A stretch of 64,000 bases of DNA from an uncultured Nitrospiraceae bacterium (GTDB taxonomy: Bacteria; Nitrospirota; Thermodesulfovibrionia; Thermodesulfovibrionales; SM23-35), in the NCBI GenBank assembly GCA_963727775.1, contig CAVSHB010000003.1, positions 352,001 through 416,000 of the forward strand, written 5' to 3'. The notes beneath the pieces were generated by a model, which was not told the DNA's origin, did no database searches, and saw only the letters and a program-made list of their open reading frames with translations. Of this stretch, positions 20,490-33,845 are shown piece after piece (the first letter of the stretch is position 1; every line of letters begins with the position of its first letter). A program made the position numbers and the translations under genes.

Positions 20490-21959
20490 TTAAGATGCCT
20501 TGAGAATAACATAAAATTTTTTACCGCTCCTGTTGACAAAAAGAAGGACCGGCTCACTACTTCTTAAGGTTGCGGCAATCCTGTTAAAATCCTCGACGGT
20601 ACCTATTTCTTTTTTATTTATCTCCTTTATTATATCGCCCTTTTTAACCTCGGCTTCATCAGCCGGACTTCCCGGCTCTACCCTTGCAACAACAACTCCT
20701 TTCTCGTCTCTGTTAAACCCGAGTTGCCTTACAATCTCTTTGGTCAGATTCATAACTGTGAGGCCCGTAAGTACCTTTGCATCTGAATCATCCGGTAAAT
20801 GGTTCGGCACGACTTCCGCAACTTCCCTCGGCAATTCAACAATCCCTACCTTAACCGTAAATTCTTTACCCGCCCGGAGTATCCTCATTGTTATTTCATT
20901 CCCTGTTTTACTCTGTGCAACCATATTTCGAAGACTGCTTACATCTTTTACTTCCTTGCCGTTGAATTCAAGAATTACATCGCCTCTTATAATCCCCGCT
21001 CTTGCCGCAGGGCTGTCTTTTGCGACATCGCTGACGAGGGCCCCCTTTGATCTCTTAAGCCCGAACTCCTGGGCAAGCTCGGGAGTAAGTTCCTGGATAG
21101 TAACCCCGATCCACCCACGCGTAACTTTTCCCTTCTGAACAAGCTGGTCCATGACAAGACGCACCATATTGCTGGGTACCGCAAACCCTATCCCCTGATA
21201 ACCCCCTGTCCTTGAAAATATGGCTGTGTTTATCCCGATAAGCTCTCCTTTTATGTTCACCAGCGGCCCGCCTGAATTCCCGGGATTTATCGCGGCGTCT
21301 GTCTGGATAAAGTCTTCATAATCCGCAATTCCAACATTGGCCCTTCCAACCGCGCTTATTATCCCCATAGTTACGGTATTGCTCAGACCATAAGGGCTTC
21401 CTATCGCAAGAACAAATTCACCGACCTGCAGCTTATCCGAATCTCCCCATGACAATGTTGGAAGATTGTTTGCGTCGATTCTTATTATCGCAACGTCTGT
21501 CTTGGGGTCGGCGCCTACTATACGCCCCTTGAAGGTCCTCCTGTCAAGCAGGGTCACTTTTATCTCGTCCGACTTTTCAACAACATGGTTATTGGTAATT
21601 ATGTAACCGTCAGGAGAGACGATGACGCCGGAGCCGAGACTGCGTTCCTTCCATTTCTTCGGCATTCCAAACTCATGGAAAGGGCTGAAAAAATCAAAAA
21701 AGGGATCTTCAAAAAATGGACCTGTATCCCGTTTCATAACCTTCGTTGTAGATATATTCACAACAGAAGGAGAGACGGCGGTGACTATCTCCGAAAATGC
21801 CCTGCCAGTTTCCATAATCTGGCGGGAAACATTTGGGGCAACAGTACGCGGCATATACTTGTATTGGCCTGTAAATTTACCGAGTGCGTAAAATGTGATC
21901 CCCCCCAGGAGAAACCCGATGAGGAGAATGGAGATGCTGATAAGTATTTTCTTCTTCAC
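20490..21959 (-). CDS. DegP/DegQ (HtrA) serine endoprotease with two PDZ domains
   Basis: TNNHV, DPKTDVA, QTDAAINPGNSGGPL. Confidence 0.95.
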   Translation of the reverse strand: MKKKILISISILLIGFLLGGITFYALGKFTGQYKYMPRTVAPNVSRQIMETGRAFSEIVTAVSPSVVNISTTKVMKRDTGPFFEDPFFDFFSPFHEFGMPKKWKERSLGSGVIVSPDGYIITNNHVVEKSDEIKVTLLDRRTFKGRIVGADPKTDVAIIRIDANNLPTLSWGDSDKLQVGEFVLAIGSPYGLSNTVTMGIISAVGRANVGIADYEDFIQTDAAINPGNSGGPLVNIKGELIGINTAIFSRTGGYQGIGFAVPSNMVRLVMDQLVQKGKVTRGWIGVTIQELTPELAQEFGLKRSKGALVSDVAKDSPAARAGIIRGDVILEFNGKEVKDVSSLRNMVAQSKTGNEITMRILRAGKEFTVKVGIVELPREVAEVVPNHLPDDSDAKVLTGLTVMNLTKEIVRQLGFNRDEKGVVVARVEPGSPADEAEVKKGDIIKEINKKEIGTVEDFNRIAATLRSSEPVLLFVNRSGKKFYVILKAS

Positions 21960-22093
21960 TATAATTAATTATAATAGTGGCATTTTATATTGTAAAGTAG
22001 TTGCCCTTGACCAAATACCCATTATTGTGCTAATTTCCAAAGTCTGGCTAATCTATAAAATTAATAAATAATGAGGTCTTTCAGGAGGTTTTA

Positions 22094-23233
22094 ATGTTAA
22101 AACGTTATTTATTGGCGCCTGGCCCAACGCCGGTTCCATCAGAAGTATTGCTTTCTATGGCGGCCCCGATTATACACCACCGTTCGCCTGATTTTTTGCC
22201 TGTGCTCGAGTCGGCAAAGAAAGGTCTTCAGTGGTTATATCAGACCAAGAATGATGTGCTTATATTGAGTTCAACGGGTACCGGTGGAATGGTAGGGGCG
22301 GTCAATAATTTTTTCAATCAGGGAGACCGTGTTATTGTCGTAAATGGCGGGAAATTCGGAGAAAGATGGACAAAGATATGCCAAGCTTATGGCCTTGAGG
22401 TTGAAGAGATTTCCGTTGAATGGGGTTATCCGGTTAAGCCTGCAGTAGTTGCGGAGAAGCTTAAAAAGGACAAGAACATAAAAGGGGTCTTTGTCCAGGC
22501 CTCTGAAACATCAACCGGCGTTTACCACGATATAAAAACGCTGGCGTCAATTGTTAAGAACTATAAAGATACGCTTTTCATCGTCGATGCTATCAGCGCC
22601 CTTGTCGCGCATGACCTGAGGACGGATGAATGGGGTATCGATATTATGGTGGGCGGGTCACAAAAAGGCGTTATGCTGCCCCCAGGCATTGCCTTTGTAA
22701 GTGTTAGTGAAAAGGCATGGGCAAAGGCGGAGACCTCAAAATTACCCAAGTTTTACTTCAATTTTAAGAAAGAACGCGATAATCTTGCCAAAAACCAGAC
22801 CAACTTCACTTCTCCGGTTACGCTGATTATCGGGCTCAATGAAAGCCTGAAGATGCTGCAGACTGAAGGTCTGGAGAAGGTTTTTAAAAGACACGAAACC
22901 CTTGCGAACGCGATGAGAAAGGCCGTTCTGGCCATAGGGTTAGAGCTTTTTCCTAAGGAGTCTCCCTCAAATGCTGTGACGGCTATCGTGGCGCCTGCCG
23001 GGATAGACGGTCAGGCAGTATATAAAAATCTCCGCGAGAAATACGGGATCACAACAGCGGGAGGGCAGGACAGGATAAAGGGGAAAGTATTTAGAATTGC
23101 ACACTTGGGTTATTCAGACCGCTTCGATGTCATAACAGCGGTTGCAGGGATCGAGATGGTATTAAAAGGAATGGGATATCCGGTAAAGCTCGGCGCGGGT
23201 GTGGCCGTTGCGCAGGAACTTTTAATGGTTTAG
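22094..23233 (+). CDS. Class V aminotransferase (alanine-glyoxylate / phosphoserine-type)
   Basis: LAPGPTP, ETSTGV, VDAIS, GSQKG; directly upstream of serA. Confidence 0.9.
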   Translation: MLKRYLLAPGPTPVPSEVLLSMAAPIIHHRSPDFLPVLESAKKGLQWLYQTKNDVLILSSTGTGGMVGAVNNFFNQGDRVIVVNGGKFGERWTKICQAYGLEVEEISVEWGYPVKPAVVAEKLKKDKNIKGVFVQASETSTGVYHDIKTLASIVKNYKDTLFIVDAISALVAHDLRTDEWGIDIMVGGSQKGVMLPPGIAFVSVSEKAWAKAETSKLPKFYFNFKKERDNLAKNQTNFTSPVTLIIGLNESLKMLQTEGLEKVFKRHETLANAMRKAVLAIGLELFPKESPSNAVTAIVAPAGIDGQAVYKNLREKYGITTAGGQDRIKGKVFRIAHLGYSDRFDVITAVAGIEMVLKGMGYPVKLGAGVAVAQELLMV

Positions 23234-23242
23234 GGAGGATAA

Positions 23243-26124
<2,882 letters not shown>

Positions 26125-26140
26125 TTAAAGAACGGTTCTG

Positions 26141-26632
26141 ATGGAAAGAAAACGGGGATATCAAAGGTATCCGAGGTTTACAAAAAGGCTTGAAGCCGCA
26201 TTCAGTTCCGGCGACCTAAGTTTTAGGGGGATCCTCAGCAATATTTCCTCAAATGGTTTATTTATAAGGACCAACCGGGGATTTACACCTGGAACCGCTA
26301 TTGACATCGAAATCATGATGCCGGACAATAAGGTATCTTTACTCAAAGGTATCGTAAAAAGAACGACCAAGACACCTTTATCATTAATGAAAAACGGCAT
26401 GGGTGTTGAACTTACTGAAAAAGATTCTGTCTTCACGGATTACATGAAATCATTCATGGAAGAAGCCGGGAACGATACCGGAGTAAACGGAAAAGAAAAT
26501 GCCGCCATGCCGGAATTTCAAATTATCGCCTGTCCCCATTGCGGAATAAAAAATAAGATCCGCAGTGAGAAGCTTAATCTCGGGCCTAAATGCGGCAAAT
26601 GCGGAACTTCTTTAGTCATCGACAAGGCCTGA
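26141..26632 (+). CDS. PilZ-domain protein with C-terminal zinc ribbon
   Basis: RGYQR (RxxxR) and NISSNG motifs; C-terminal CPHC...CGKC. Confidence 0.75.
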   Translation: MERKRGYQRYPRFTKRLEAAFSSGDLSFRGILSNISSNGLFIRTNRGFTPGTAIDIEIMMPDNKVSLLKGIVKRTTKTPLSLMKNGMGVELTEKDSVFTDYMKSFMEEAGNDTGVNGKENAAMPEFQIIACPHCGIKNKIRSEKLNLGPKCGKCGTSLVIDKA

Positions 26633-27320
26633 TTGCGAGATTCTTCAATACTCTCTATCCTTCCCAATGTCCGATATGCGGGAAATCACCTGACGTTTTG
26701 GGTCTTTCACCAATCTGTAGTCCGTGCTGGTCTCAGATAAAAAGATATAACGGGCCGTCTTGCAAAATATGCGCAATGCCCTTTTCATCGGAATATTCCA
26801 CGGTATGCGGGCAGTGCCTGAAAAAACCCCTCCCTTCTCAAAGGTCATGGGATACGGTCTTTATGAAGGGGTCCTCGCAGAAGCTATCAACCAGATTAAA
26901 TTTCATGGCCTTAAAAGGCTCTCCAAACCTTTGGGAAGATTAATGCTCAGTCTGGATTTTCCCGAGGTAGACGGCATTGTGCCGGTTCCCTTAACAATAA
27001 AGGGACTGAGGGCGAGAGGCTTCAATCAGTCTTTGCTCATAGCGAAGTCCTTATCAAAAGAGATGAGGACACCATTGTTAATAGACGTTCTTTTCAAAAA
27101 AAAGGAGACGCATCCTCAAATAGGACTTTCTGCGAAGGAACGGTTGTTGAACCTCAAAAATGCGTTTGAGACTAAAGGTAATATAGAGGACCTGAGCCTT
27201 TTGCTCGTTGATGACGTGATGACAACCGGTGCGACCGTAACAGAATGTTCAAAAACATTGATGAAGGCAGGCGCAAGAGAGGTATTCGTGCTTGTTCTTG
27301 CAAGGGCAGGAATGACGTAG
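26629..27320 (+). pseudogene. comF: ComF-family phosphoribosyltransferase, frameshifted at ~26827
   Basis: Double zinc ribbon in one frame and the PRT domain (RGFNQS, LVDDVMTTGAT) in another. The shift lies at AAAAAACCCC (26821-26830). Start codon uncertain. Confidence 0.8.
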
Positions 27321-27358
27321 TGCAACCATTGCTGTTAACCTTACCCGGTAGGGGATTA

Positions 27359-29029
27359 TTATCCTGATTTCATCGGCAAAGTGAAATAAAAGGTTGAACC
27401 CTTTCCGGGTTCCGACTCTACCCAAATTCTTCCACCATGACATTCAACAATTCTCTTACAGATTGATAGACCCAATCCGGTCCCGGGATATTCTTCTTTG
27501 GTATGAAGGCGCTGAAAAATAACAAATATTCTTTCTGCCTGGTTAGGATTTATCCCCATACCGTTATCCCGGACTGAAAAAAACCATTCATTCTCTTTTT
27601 TCTCAACCGAGATATGCACTTTTGGCACGTCCTCACCACGAAACTTGAGAGCATTACCGATCAGGTTCTGGAAGACCCTGCTCAGCTGTGAGGCATCAGC
27701 CATTACCGTCGGCAGAGAACCGTGTGTTACCGTTGCACCGCTCTCTTCGATAGCTGAACCCAGGTTCTTAAGAGACTTTTCTACCAGCAAATTGCAGTCT
27801 GTAGGGTTGAGGACCATACCCTGTAGTTGAACCTTCGAGTACTCCAGCAGATCTCTAATGAGCATTTCCATCCTTTGAACTCCGTCTATCGTGTGGGCAA
27901 TGAACTCCTCGGCTTTATCGTCTAACTTGTCCCCGTAATGCTTTGCCAGCAGCTTTACAAAACCTGAGATTACACGCAAAGGTTCTTGGAGATCGTGAGA
28001 CGCAACATAGGCGAACTGCTGCAAATCAGCATTGGAACGTGCCAGTTCATCCGCCAGATGTTTCAATTCTTTCTCACTTTGCCGCAGGGCAATTTCAGTT
28101 TGTTTATGTTCATTGATTTCGTTTTGGAGTTTTCCATTCGCGGCACTGAGTTCCGCTGTTCGTTCTTTTACAAGTTCTTTAAGGTGTTGACGGTGCTTCC
28201 TTAACTCTTCTTCTTCCCGCTTGCGTTTGGTAATATCCGTGAAAGTCACGACAGCTCCAATGAGTTTGCCGCCCTCCAAGATAGGAGTACTTGCATAAGC
28301 GACAGGAAAACTTGTACCATCCTTTCTCCAGAAGACTTCATCCTTCACACGTCGAATGATTCCATCTTTACAGACCGAATAAATCGGACACTCTTCTTCC
28401 GGATACGGACTGCCGTCTGCCTTTGAATGATGCCAGATTTCGTGACTATCTTTGCCGATGAGTTCTCTGACCCTGTAACCAAGCATCTGCGCAGCAGCGG
28501 AGTTAACAAAGGTATGGCTGCCATTTAAATCTAACCCGAAAATCCCTTCACTGGCGGAGTTCAAGATTAATTCATTTTGACGGCTCAGTTTTTCATTTTC
28601 CTTTTGTGCTTCCTTGCGCTCAAGATGTTCCTCCACTTCCTCCAGAGCCCTCCGTATTGCAGGTCCAAGCCGTGATAAACGCTGCTTAAGAATATAGTCG
28701 GTTGCTCCATTCTTGAGTGTTTCGATAGCGAGCTCTTCGCCCATTGTTCCTGAGACAAAGATAAATGGTACCTCAGGAGTCTTTTCCCGGGCTATAGCGA
28801 GTGCTGAAAGTCCGTCAAAGGAAGGAAGCTTGTAGTCTGCGATGATGATGTCGAATCCACCTCTGTCGAGGGCTGCAACGAAATCGGCTTGAGTTTCGAC
28901 ATGAGTCAGATTACTAATAAAATCTTCCTTTTCCAGTTTAGCCTGAACAAGTTCGACATCATTCTTGTCGTCTTCAAGATAAAGAATGCGCAATGGTTTA
29001 ATGACTTTCGCAGAAATGATATTTTTCAT
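27359..29029 (-). CDS. Hybrid sensor histidine kinase REC-PAS-HisKA-HATPase
   Basis: REC (LEDD, DYKLP), PAS (FWRKDG), [27 protein letters not shown]. Confidence 0.92.
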   Translation of the reverse strand: MKNIISAKVIKPLRILYLEDDKNDVELVQAKLEKEDFISNLTHVETQADFVAALDRGGFDIIIADYKLPSFDGLSALAIAREKTPEVPFIFVSGTMGEELAIETLKNGATDYILKQRLSRLGPAIRRALEEVEEHLERKEAQKENEKLSRQNELILNSASEGIFGLDLNGSHTFVNSAAAQMLGYRVRELIGKDSHEIWHHSKADGSPYPEEECPIYSVCKDGIIRRVKDEVFWRKDGTSFPVAYASTPILEGGKLIGAVVTFTDITKRKREEEELRKHRQHLKELVKERTAELSAANGKLQNEINEHKQTEIALRQSEKELKHLADELARSNADLQQFAYVASHDLQEPLRVISGFVKLLAKHYGDKLDDKAEEFIAHTIDGVQRMEMLIRDLLEYSKVQLQGMVLNPTDCNLLVEKSLKNLGSAIEESGATVTHGSLPTVMADASQLSRVFQNLIGNALKFRGEDVPKVHISVEKKENEWFFSVRDNGMGINPNQAERIFVIFQRLHTKEEYPGTGLGLSICKRIVECHGGRIWVESEPGKGSTFYFTLPMKSG

Positions 29030-29372
29030 TTATCTCTTCCTTACGCTTCGCACACTCCCAGGAGGAAGATACGCTTCAGTGCAGTAACCATTCATTTCCC
29101 CTTTATCACTTCTGGAATTGAAACGGAATTTTCTATCTATTCTTAAGGGTTATTCCAATCCGAACATTTCATTGTAATTATATAAAAGCATGACATAAAA
29201 AGTCGTGATTTTATAACAATATGCTTTTTCGATTATATTATTAATAGTATTGAGCACAATAAACGGTAAGAAAAACGAGGCGAAAACAAGAACCCCATAT
29301 GGCGAAGATTCAGTGGTTATTTAAGAAAATATTTGATAAAATAAGCGGATACCTTTTACCGTTTATTAAACA

Positions 29373-30029
29373 ATGATAGATTTACATACACATACTTTTT
29401 TCAGTGACGGCGAGCTTGTTCCTTCGGAGTTGATCAGAAGGGCCGTTGCTATTGGATATAAGGCCATTGCAATAACCGACCATGTCGATTCATCGAATAT
29501 CGATCTTGTAGTTCCAAGGATAGTAAGCGCAATCAAAAAAATAAGGAGTTTTATCTCTATAGAAGTAATCCCCGGCGCCGAGATCACCCATGTCCCGCCC
29601 CAGCTTATACCCGAACTCGTGAAGGAGGCAAGACACCTGGGCGCGAAAATAGTGGTAGTGCACGGCGAGACTCTGGTGGAGCCTGTTGCACCGGGAACGA
29701 ACAGGGCGGCCATTGAAGCGAATACGGATATCCTGGCCCATCCTGGGATAATTTCGGAGGAGGACCTTCTCCTCGCAAAGGAGAAAAACGTGACACTTGA
29801 AATAACCGCACGAAAAGGTCATTGCCTGTCGAATGGGTATGTTGCAACAAGGGCCATGAGGTTCGGTGTTCCGCTTTGTATTAACACCGACGCCCATAGT
29901 CCTTCAGACTTAATAACCAAAGATTTTGCAGTCAGGATACTCCTTGCTTCAGGAATAGACGAAAACCGTATTGAATCCGTATTGAAAAATTCAAAAGACA
30001 TTGTTGAAAAAATTCACAGGAGGGATTAA
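29373..30029 (+). CDS. PHP-domain phosphoesterase (histidinol-phosphatase-like)
   Basis: DLHTHTFFSDG, ITDH, HGET, LAHPG, NTDAH. Confidence 0.85.
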   Translation: MIDLHTHTFFSDGELVPSELIRRAVAIGYKAIAITDHVDSSNIDLVVPRIVSAIKKIRSFISIEVIPGAEITHVPPQLIPELVKEARHLGAKIVVVHGETLVEPVAPGTNRAAIEANTDILAHPGIISEEDLLLAKEKNVTLEITARKGHCLSNGYVATRAMRFGVPLCINTDAHSPSDLITKDFAVRILLASGIDENRIESVLKNSKDIVEKIHRRD

Positions 30030-30727
30030 TGCCGAAGCTGATAAAGAAAAGGTTGCCGAAGAAGACAACGGATACAGAAACAGAGGTAAAGGAAAAGCTT
30101 TTCAGTATTAAAGATACAATAAAACAGAAACGGGACACCGCTTTAAAGTTTGGTGCGGCAGCTATTATTATATTCATAGCCATTGTCGGCCTGCTGGTTT
30201 ATTCCTACTCTTCCCAGAAAAAGGCAAAGGAGTTGGAACACGAAGCGTACAATATCTATTACAATAACAACCAGGCACAGGCCGTAAATAAAGAGGACCA
30301 GTATAAAAAGGCACTTGAGATATTCAAGAAAGCCTACGATACAAAGAAATCCCCTGCCTCGCTCTTCTATATCGCAGCCTGCTATTATGAGATCGGCAAT
30401 TACGATGACGCGCTAAAGACGCTGAAAGATTTCGTGCAGAGATATTCAAGCGACGATAAATACGCCCCTTTGGCATACCAAAAAACGGCGATTATTTATA
30501 TTAAGAAAGGTGACGTAAACGAGGCGAAGAAAACACTTGACGCCCTTTATAACCTGAAAACGGACATTTACAAAGATTTCGCACTTATGGAATACGGCAA
30601 GCTGCTTGAAAAAACAGGGAAGTCAGACGAGGCAAAGAAAAAATATAATGAACTCGTTACAAAATTCCCAAATTCACCGTTCAAGGATGAGGCAAAAGCA
30701 AAGCTGGCTGAAAAGAAGGCAGGCTAA
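30029..30727 (+). CDS. Membrane-anchored TPR protein (YfgM/CpoB-like)
   Basis: One TM helix followed by TPR-like helices ending KFPNSPF. Confidence 0.75.
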   Translation: MPKLIKKRLPKKTTDTETEVKEKLFSIKDTIKQKRDTALKFGAAAIIIFIAIVGLLVYSYSSQKKAKELEHEAYNIYYNNNQAQAVNKEDQYKKALEIFKKAYDTKKSPASLFYIAACYYEIGNYDDALKTLKDFVQRYSSDDKYAPLAYQKTAIIYIKKGDVNEAKKTLDALYNLKTDIYKDFALMEYGKLLEKTGKSDEAKKKYNELVTKFPNSPFKDEAKAKLAEKKAG

Positions 30728-31983
30728 ATCTTTTTGCCCTTGAGAGCTTTTCTCTTTACTTTAAGCGAAACCTTCTTTACGGATTTCCCCGTATCGGATC
30801 TCTTGTGCTTACCGAGCATTTTCTTTTGCTTATAGGATGCCTTTTTTACTGTTGCACGGTCGTCCTTGTCCAACACAAATTTTTCTTTTGGAGGAAGGAA
30901 GATTTGTGCTCCGGCTGTCAGAGGCATAATCTTTTCCATATCATTGAGATCGAGTAAAACCTGCACAGGCACGCCCGTCTTCTTTGAGATTGTTTTAAAG
31001 GTATCGCCTTTCTTAACTGTGTAAGTATCTACGGTGAACCGCTTTTCCTCAGGTATCTGCGAAAGGTTCTCAAGGAATCTCTCCTTCTTGCCTTGAGGGA
31101 TACGCAGAGTATATTCATGTAAATCGGGAGGAGTACACCACCTCCTCAATTCAGGGTTTAATTCCTTAATCGCCTCAACAGAGGTTCCCGTACACTCGGC
31201 AATAACTTCAAGATCAACAGGAGCTTTTAATATTACCGTATCATAATTCAAAGGCGCATGATATTCAAGGTCGTCAAACCCGTAATTGCCCGGACTGTTT
31301 GCAATCATGCTCGCTGCAATGAACTTAGGGACATAGTCTTTTGTTTCAGGCTTGATATGCTTTGTGGTTAAAAGCGCCCAGTAATCATCGGCCTTTGACT
31401 TATTCAGCGCTCTGAGAATCTTCCCTTCACCGGCGTTGTAAGCAGCCATTGCCAGGTTCCATGAGCCGAACATTTCATAGAGGTCTTTAAGGTAACTTGC
31501 CGCAGCAACCGTGGACTTAATAGGGTCTCTCCTCTCATCCTTCCACCAGTTTATCTCCAGGCCGTATCTCTTAGCTGTGGAGGCAATAAACTGCCAGTAA
31601 CCCGCCGCCCGCGCGGGGGAATAAGCATAGGGGTTGAAGCCGCTTTCGATTAAAGGAAGAAAGACTATTTCTTCAGGGACATCTTTCTCTTTAAGTATCC
31701 CTTTCATGAGATCAATATATTGCCCCGACCTACTGAGCCATATGGAAAACCTCTCTTTTATTTTTTCGGTAAAGAGGGTAATATTTCTTTTGACCGCACC
31801 CACTGCAAGCTCGTTATAACTGTAGTCTTCGACTATTTTGGGACTGAGCTTGAGCGCTTCTTCCGGCAAAGCGGATATCACCGGTTGGTTAACATGCGTA
31901 TCCTGATCAATCTCGGATGCGTAAGCGGGTAATACAAAGAATAAACCGATAAAAAACAGTATTAAAAATCTGGATTTAGGCAT
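30724..31983 (-). CDS. Lytic transglycosylase MltD-like (SLT + LysM)
   Basis: IESGF, AAGYWQF, AAYNAGEG, ETKDYVPK, LysM YTVKKGDT. Confidence 0.9.
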   Translation of the reverse strand: MPKSRFLILFFIGLFFVLPAYASEIDQDTHVNQPVISALPEEALKLSPKIVEDYSYNELAVGAVKRNITLFTEKIKERFSIWLSRSGQYIDLMKGILKEKDVPEEIVFLPLIESGFNPYAYSPARAAGYWQFIASTAKRYGLEINWWKDERRDPIKSTVAAASYLKDLYEMFGSWNLAMAAYNAGEGKILRALNKSKADDYWALLTTKHIKPETKDYVPKFIAASMIANSPGNYGFDDLEYHAPLNYDTVILKAPVDLEVIAECTGTSVEAIKELNPELRRWCTPPDLHEYTLRIPQGKKERFLENLSQIPEEKRFTVDTYTVKKGDTFKTISKKTGVPVQVLLDLNDMEKIMPLTAGAQIFLPPKEKFVLDKDDRATVKKASYKQKKMLGKHKRSDTGKSVKKVSLKVKRKALKGKKI

Positions 31984-32051
31984 ACTATCAATTTTTAGCT
32001 TAAAGAGACTATTTTGTCAAGGGGAAAAAATGAGTTAGGGAGATTATTTGA

Positions 32052-32127
32052 TGGTGGGCAGTCGCAGAATCGAACTGCGGACACGAGGCTTTTCAGGCCT
32101 CTGCTCTACCGACTGAGCTAACTGCCC
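32052..32127 (-). tRNA. tRNA-Phe(GAA)
   Basis: 76-nt cloverleaf GGGCAGT...ACTGCCCACCA; anticodon arm GAGGC-CTGAAAA-GCCTC; GTTCGA T-loop. Confidence 0.97.
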
Positions 32128-32279
32128 ACGCCGTTTAACTTTACACTTTTGACTTTTCTACTGTCAAGGCATACGGCGGGCGTCTGCTTTGTACGTCTGA
32201 AAAACCGCATAGCCGCAAGAAACGGGAATAACTATTTCAGCAAAGTTTAAAGTGTATGGAGTAAAATAGATACCAAATT

Positions 32280-33836
32280 ATGAGCCCTATATTTATAAAA
32301 CATTTAATAACATACGGACCGGCTTTCATATCGGGGCTGCTCCTCGTGCTTTGTTACCCTACGATAGATCTTTTTCCGGTCGCATGGATCGCTCTGATCC
32401 CATTCCTCCTGTCACTCTATGATAAAAAACCGAAACAGGCATTTAAGACCGGCATAGTTTTGGGTATCCCTTATTTTTTCGGCACCCTGTACTGGATATA
32501 CCATTCGATAAATCATTACGGCGGTATATCGTTAATAACAAGCTTTGTTATCGTTATTTTGCTCTGTCTCTATCTCAGTCTCTATATAGGTATCTTCGCT
32601 TTCTTGTTCTCGACAACGATCAGGCTTACAAAACTGCCGGCCCTGTTAATTGCGCCTGTGTTTTGGGTAGTGCTCGAGTTTCTTCGCTCCTATGTATTTA
32701 CCGGATTCCCCTGGTCAAGCATAGGATATTCCCAGTATAAGTTTCTTACCGTCATCCAGTTTGCCGATATAACCGGCGTCTATGGAATATCTTTTCTTGT
32801 TGTCGCCGTTAATGGGGCTTTAGCGGATATTTTTCTTATAAAACATCGGACGAAAGACATGCCGTTGTTTCCGCTTTCGTATACTGTTATCGGCTTCTCC
32901 GTTCTCGTCGTATTTCTCATTTCTACTGTCATATACGGCCAGATAAGATTGAGAGAAGAAAGGCCGGGGAAACAATTCAGGGTAAGCATCGTACAGGGAA
33001 ACATAGAGCAGGACAAAAAGTGGGAGCCCTCGTACCAAAATGATGTTCTGGAAATCTATAAGGATCTTTCACTTAAAGCTGCTGCTTCTGAGCCGTCCAT
33101 GATCGTCTGGCCTGAGACAGCAGTGCCGTTCTTTTTTAAGACGGACAAAAAAAATTCGGAAGAGCTTGTTGATTTTCAAAAAAAGCTGAACACCTACCTC
33201 TTATTCGGAAGCGTCCTGATCAAAGACAAAATAGACAACAGATACACGCTCTCAAATAGCGCTGTCTTACTGGACGACACTGGAAAGGCATCTTATATCT
33301 ATGATAAAATACATTTAGTTCCGTTTGGAGAATACGTTCCGCTGCAAAAAATCCTCTTCTTCATAAATAAACTTGTTATCGGTATCGGGGATTATACTCG
33401 CGGCACCCATTATATTAAGGCAATGACCCCATATGGAGATTTTGGCACTTTGATATGCTATGAAATAATATTCCCCGGGCTTGTAAGAAAATTTTTCTCA
33501 AACGGCGGAGATTTTATGGTGAATATTACAAATGATGCATGGTTCGGAAAGACGACAGGCCCTTATCAGCATTTCAGCATGGCGGTTTTCCGCGCGGTCG
33601 AAAACAGAAAACCCGTCATAAGGTCCGCCAACACGGGCATCTCCGGCTTTATCGACAGTAGCGGCAGGATAATTTCGAAGACCGGCTTATTTCAGCGGGC
33701 CATACTCACGGAAGTAATAAAGACCGATCTAAAAAGGAGTTTCTATTCGAAGTATGGCGATCTTTTTTCATATGTGTGGATTATTTTTTCTATAATATTG
33801 CTGGCAAACTTGTTCGGCAAGACCAGAATTCTTTAA
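32280..33836 (+). CDS. lnt: Apolipoprotein N-acyltransferase
   Basis: VWPETA, YDKIHLVPFGEYVP, ICYE, NDAWFG, RSANTGIS. Confidence 0.95.
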   Translation: MSPIFIKHLITYGPAFISGLLLVLCYPTIDLFPVAWIALIPFLLSLYDKKPKQAFKTGIVLGIPYFFGTLYWIYHSINHYGGISLITSFVIVILLCLYLSLYIGIFAFLFSTTIRLTKLPALLIAPVFWVVLEFLRSYVFTGFPWSSIGYSQYKFLTVIQFADITGVYGISFLVVAVNGALADIFLIKHRTKDMPLFPLSYTVIGFSVLVVFLISTVIYGQIRLREERPGKQFRVSIVQGNIEQDKKWEPSYQNDVLEIYKDLSLKAAASEPSMIVWPETAVPFFFKTDKKNSEELVDFQKKLNTYLLFGSVLIKDKIDNRYTLSNSAVLLDDTGKASYIYDKIHLVPFGEYVPLQKILFFINKLVIGIGDYTRGTHYIKAMTPYGDFGTLICYEIIFPGLVRKFFSNGGDFMVNITNDAWFGKTTGPYQHFSMAVFRAVENRKPVIRSANTGISGFIDSSGRIISKTGLFQRAILTEVIKTDLKRSFYSKYGDLFSYVWIIFSIILLANLFGKTRIL

Positions 33837-33845
33837 GGAGGCAGC

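Noticed and set aside
32052..32127. tRNA-Phe as an integration site
   Set aside because: No integrase or duplicated tRNA 3' end nearby, and the flanks are core genes.
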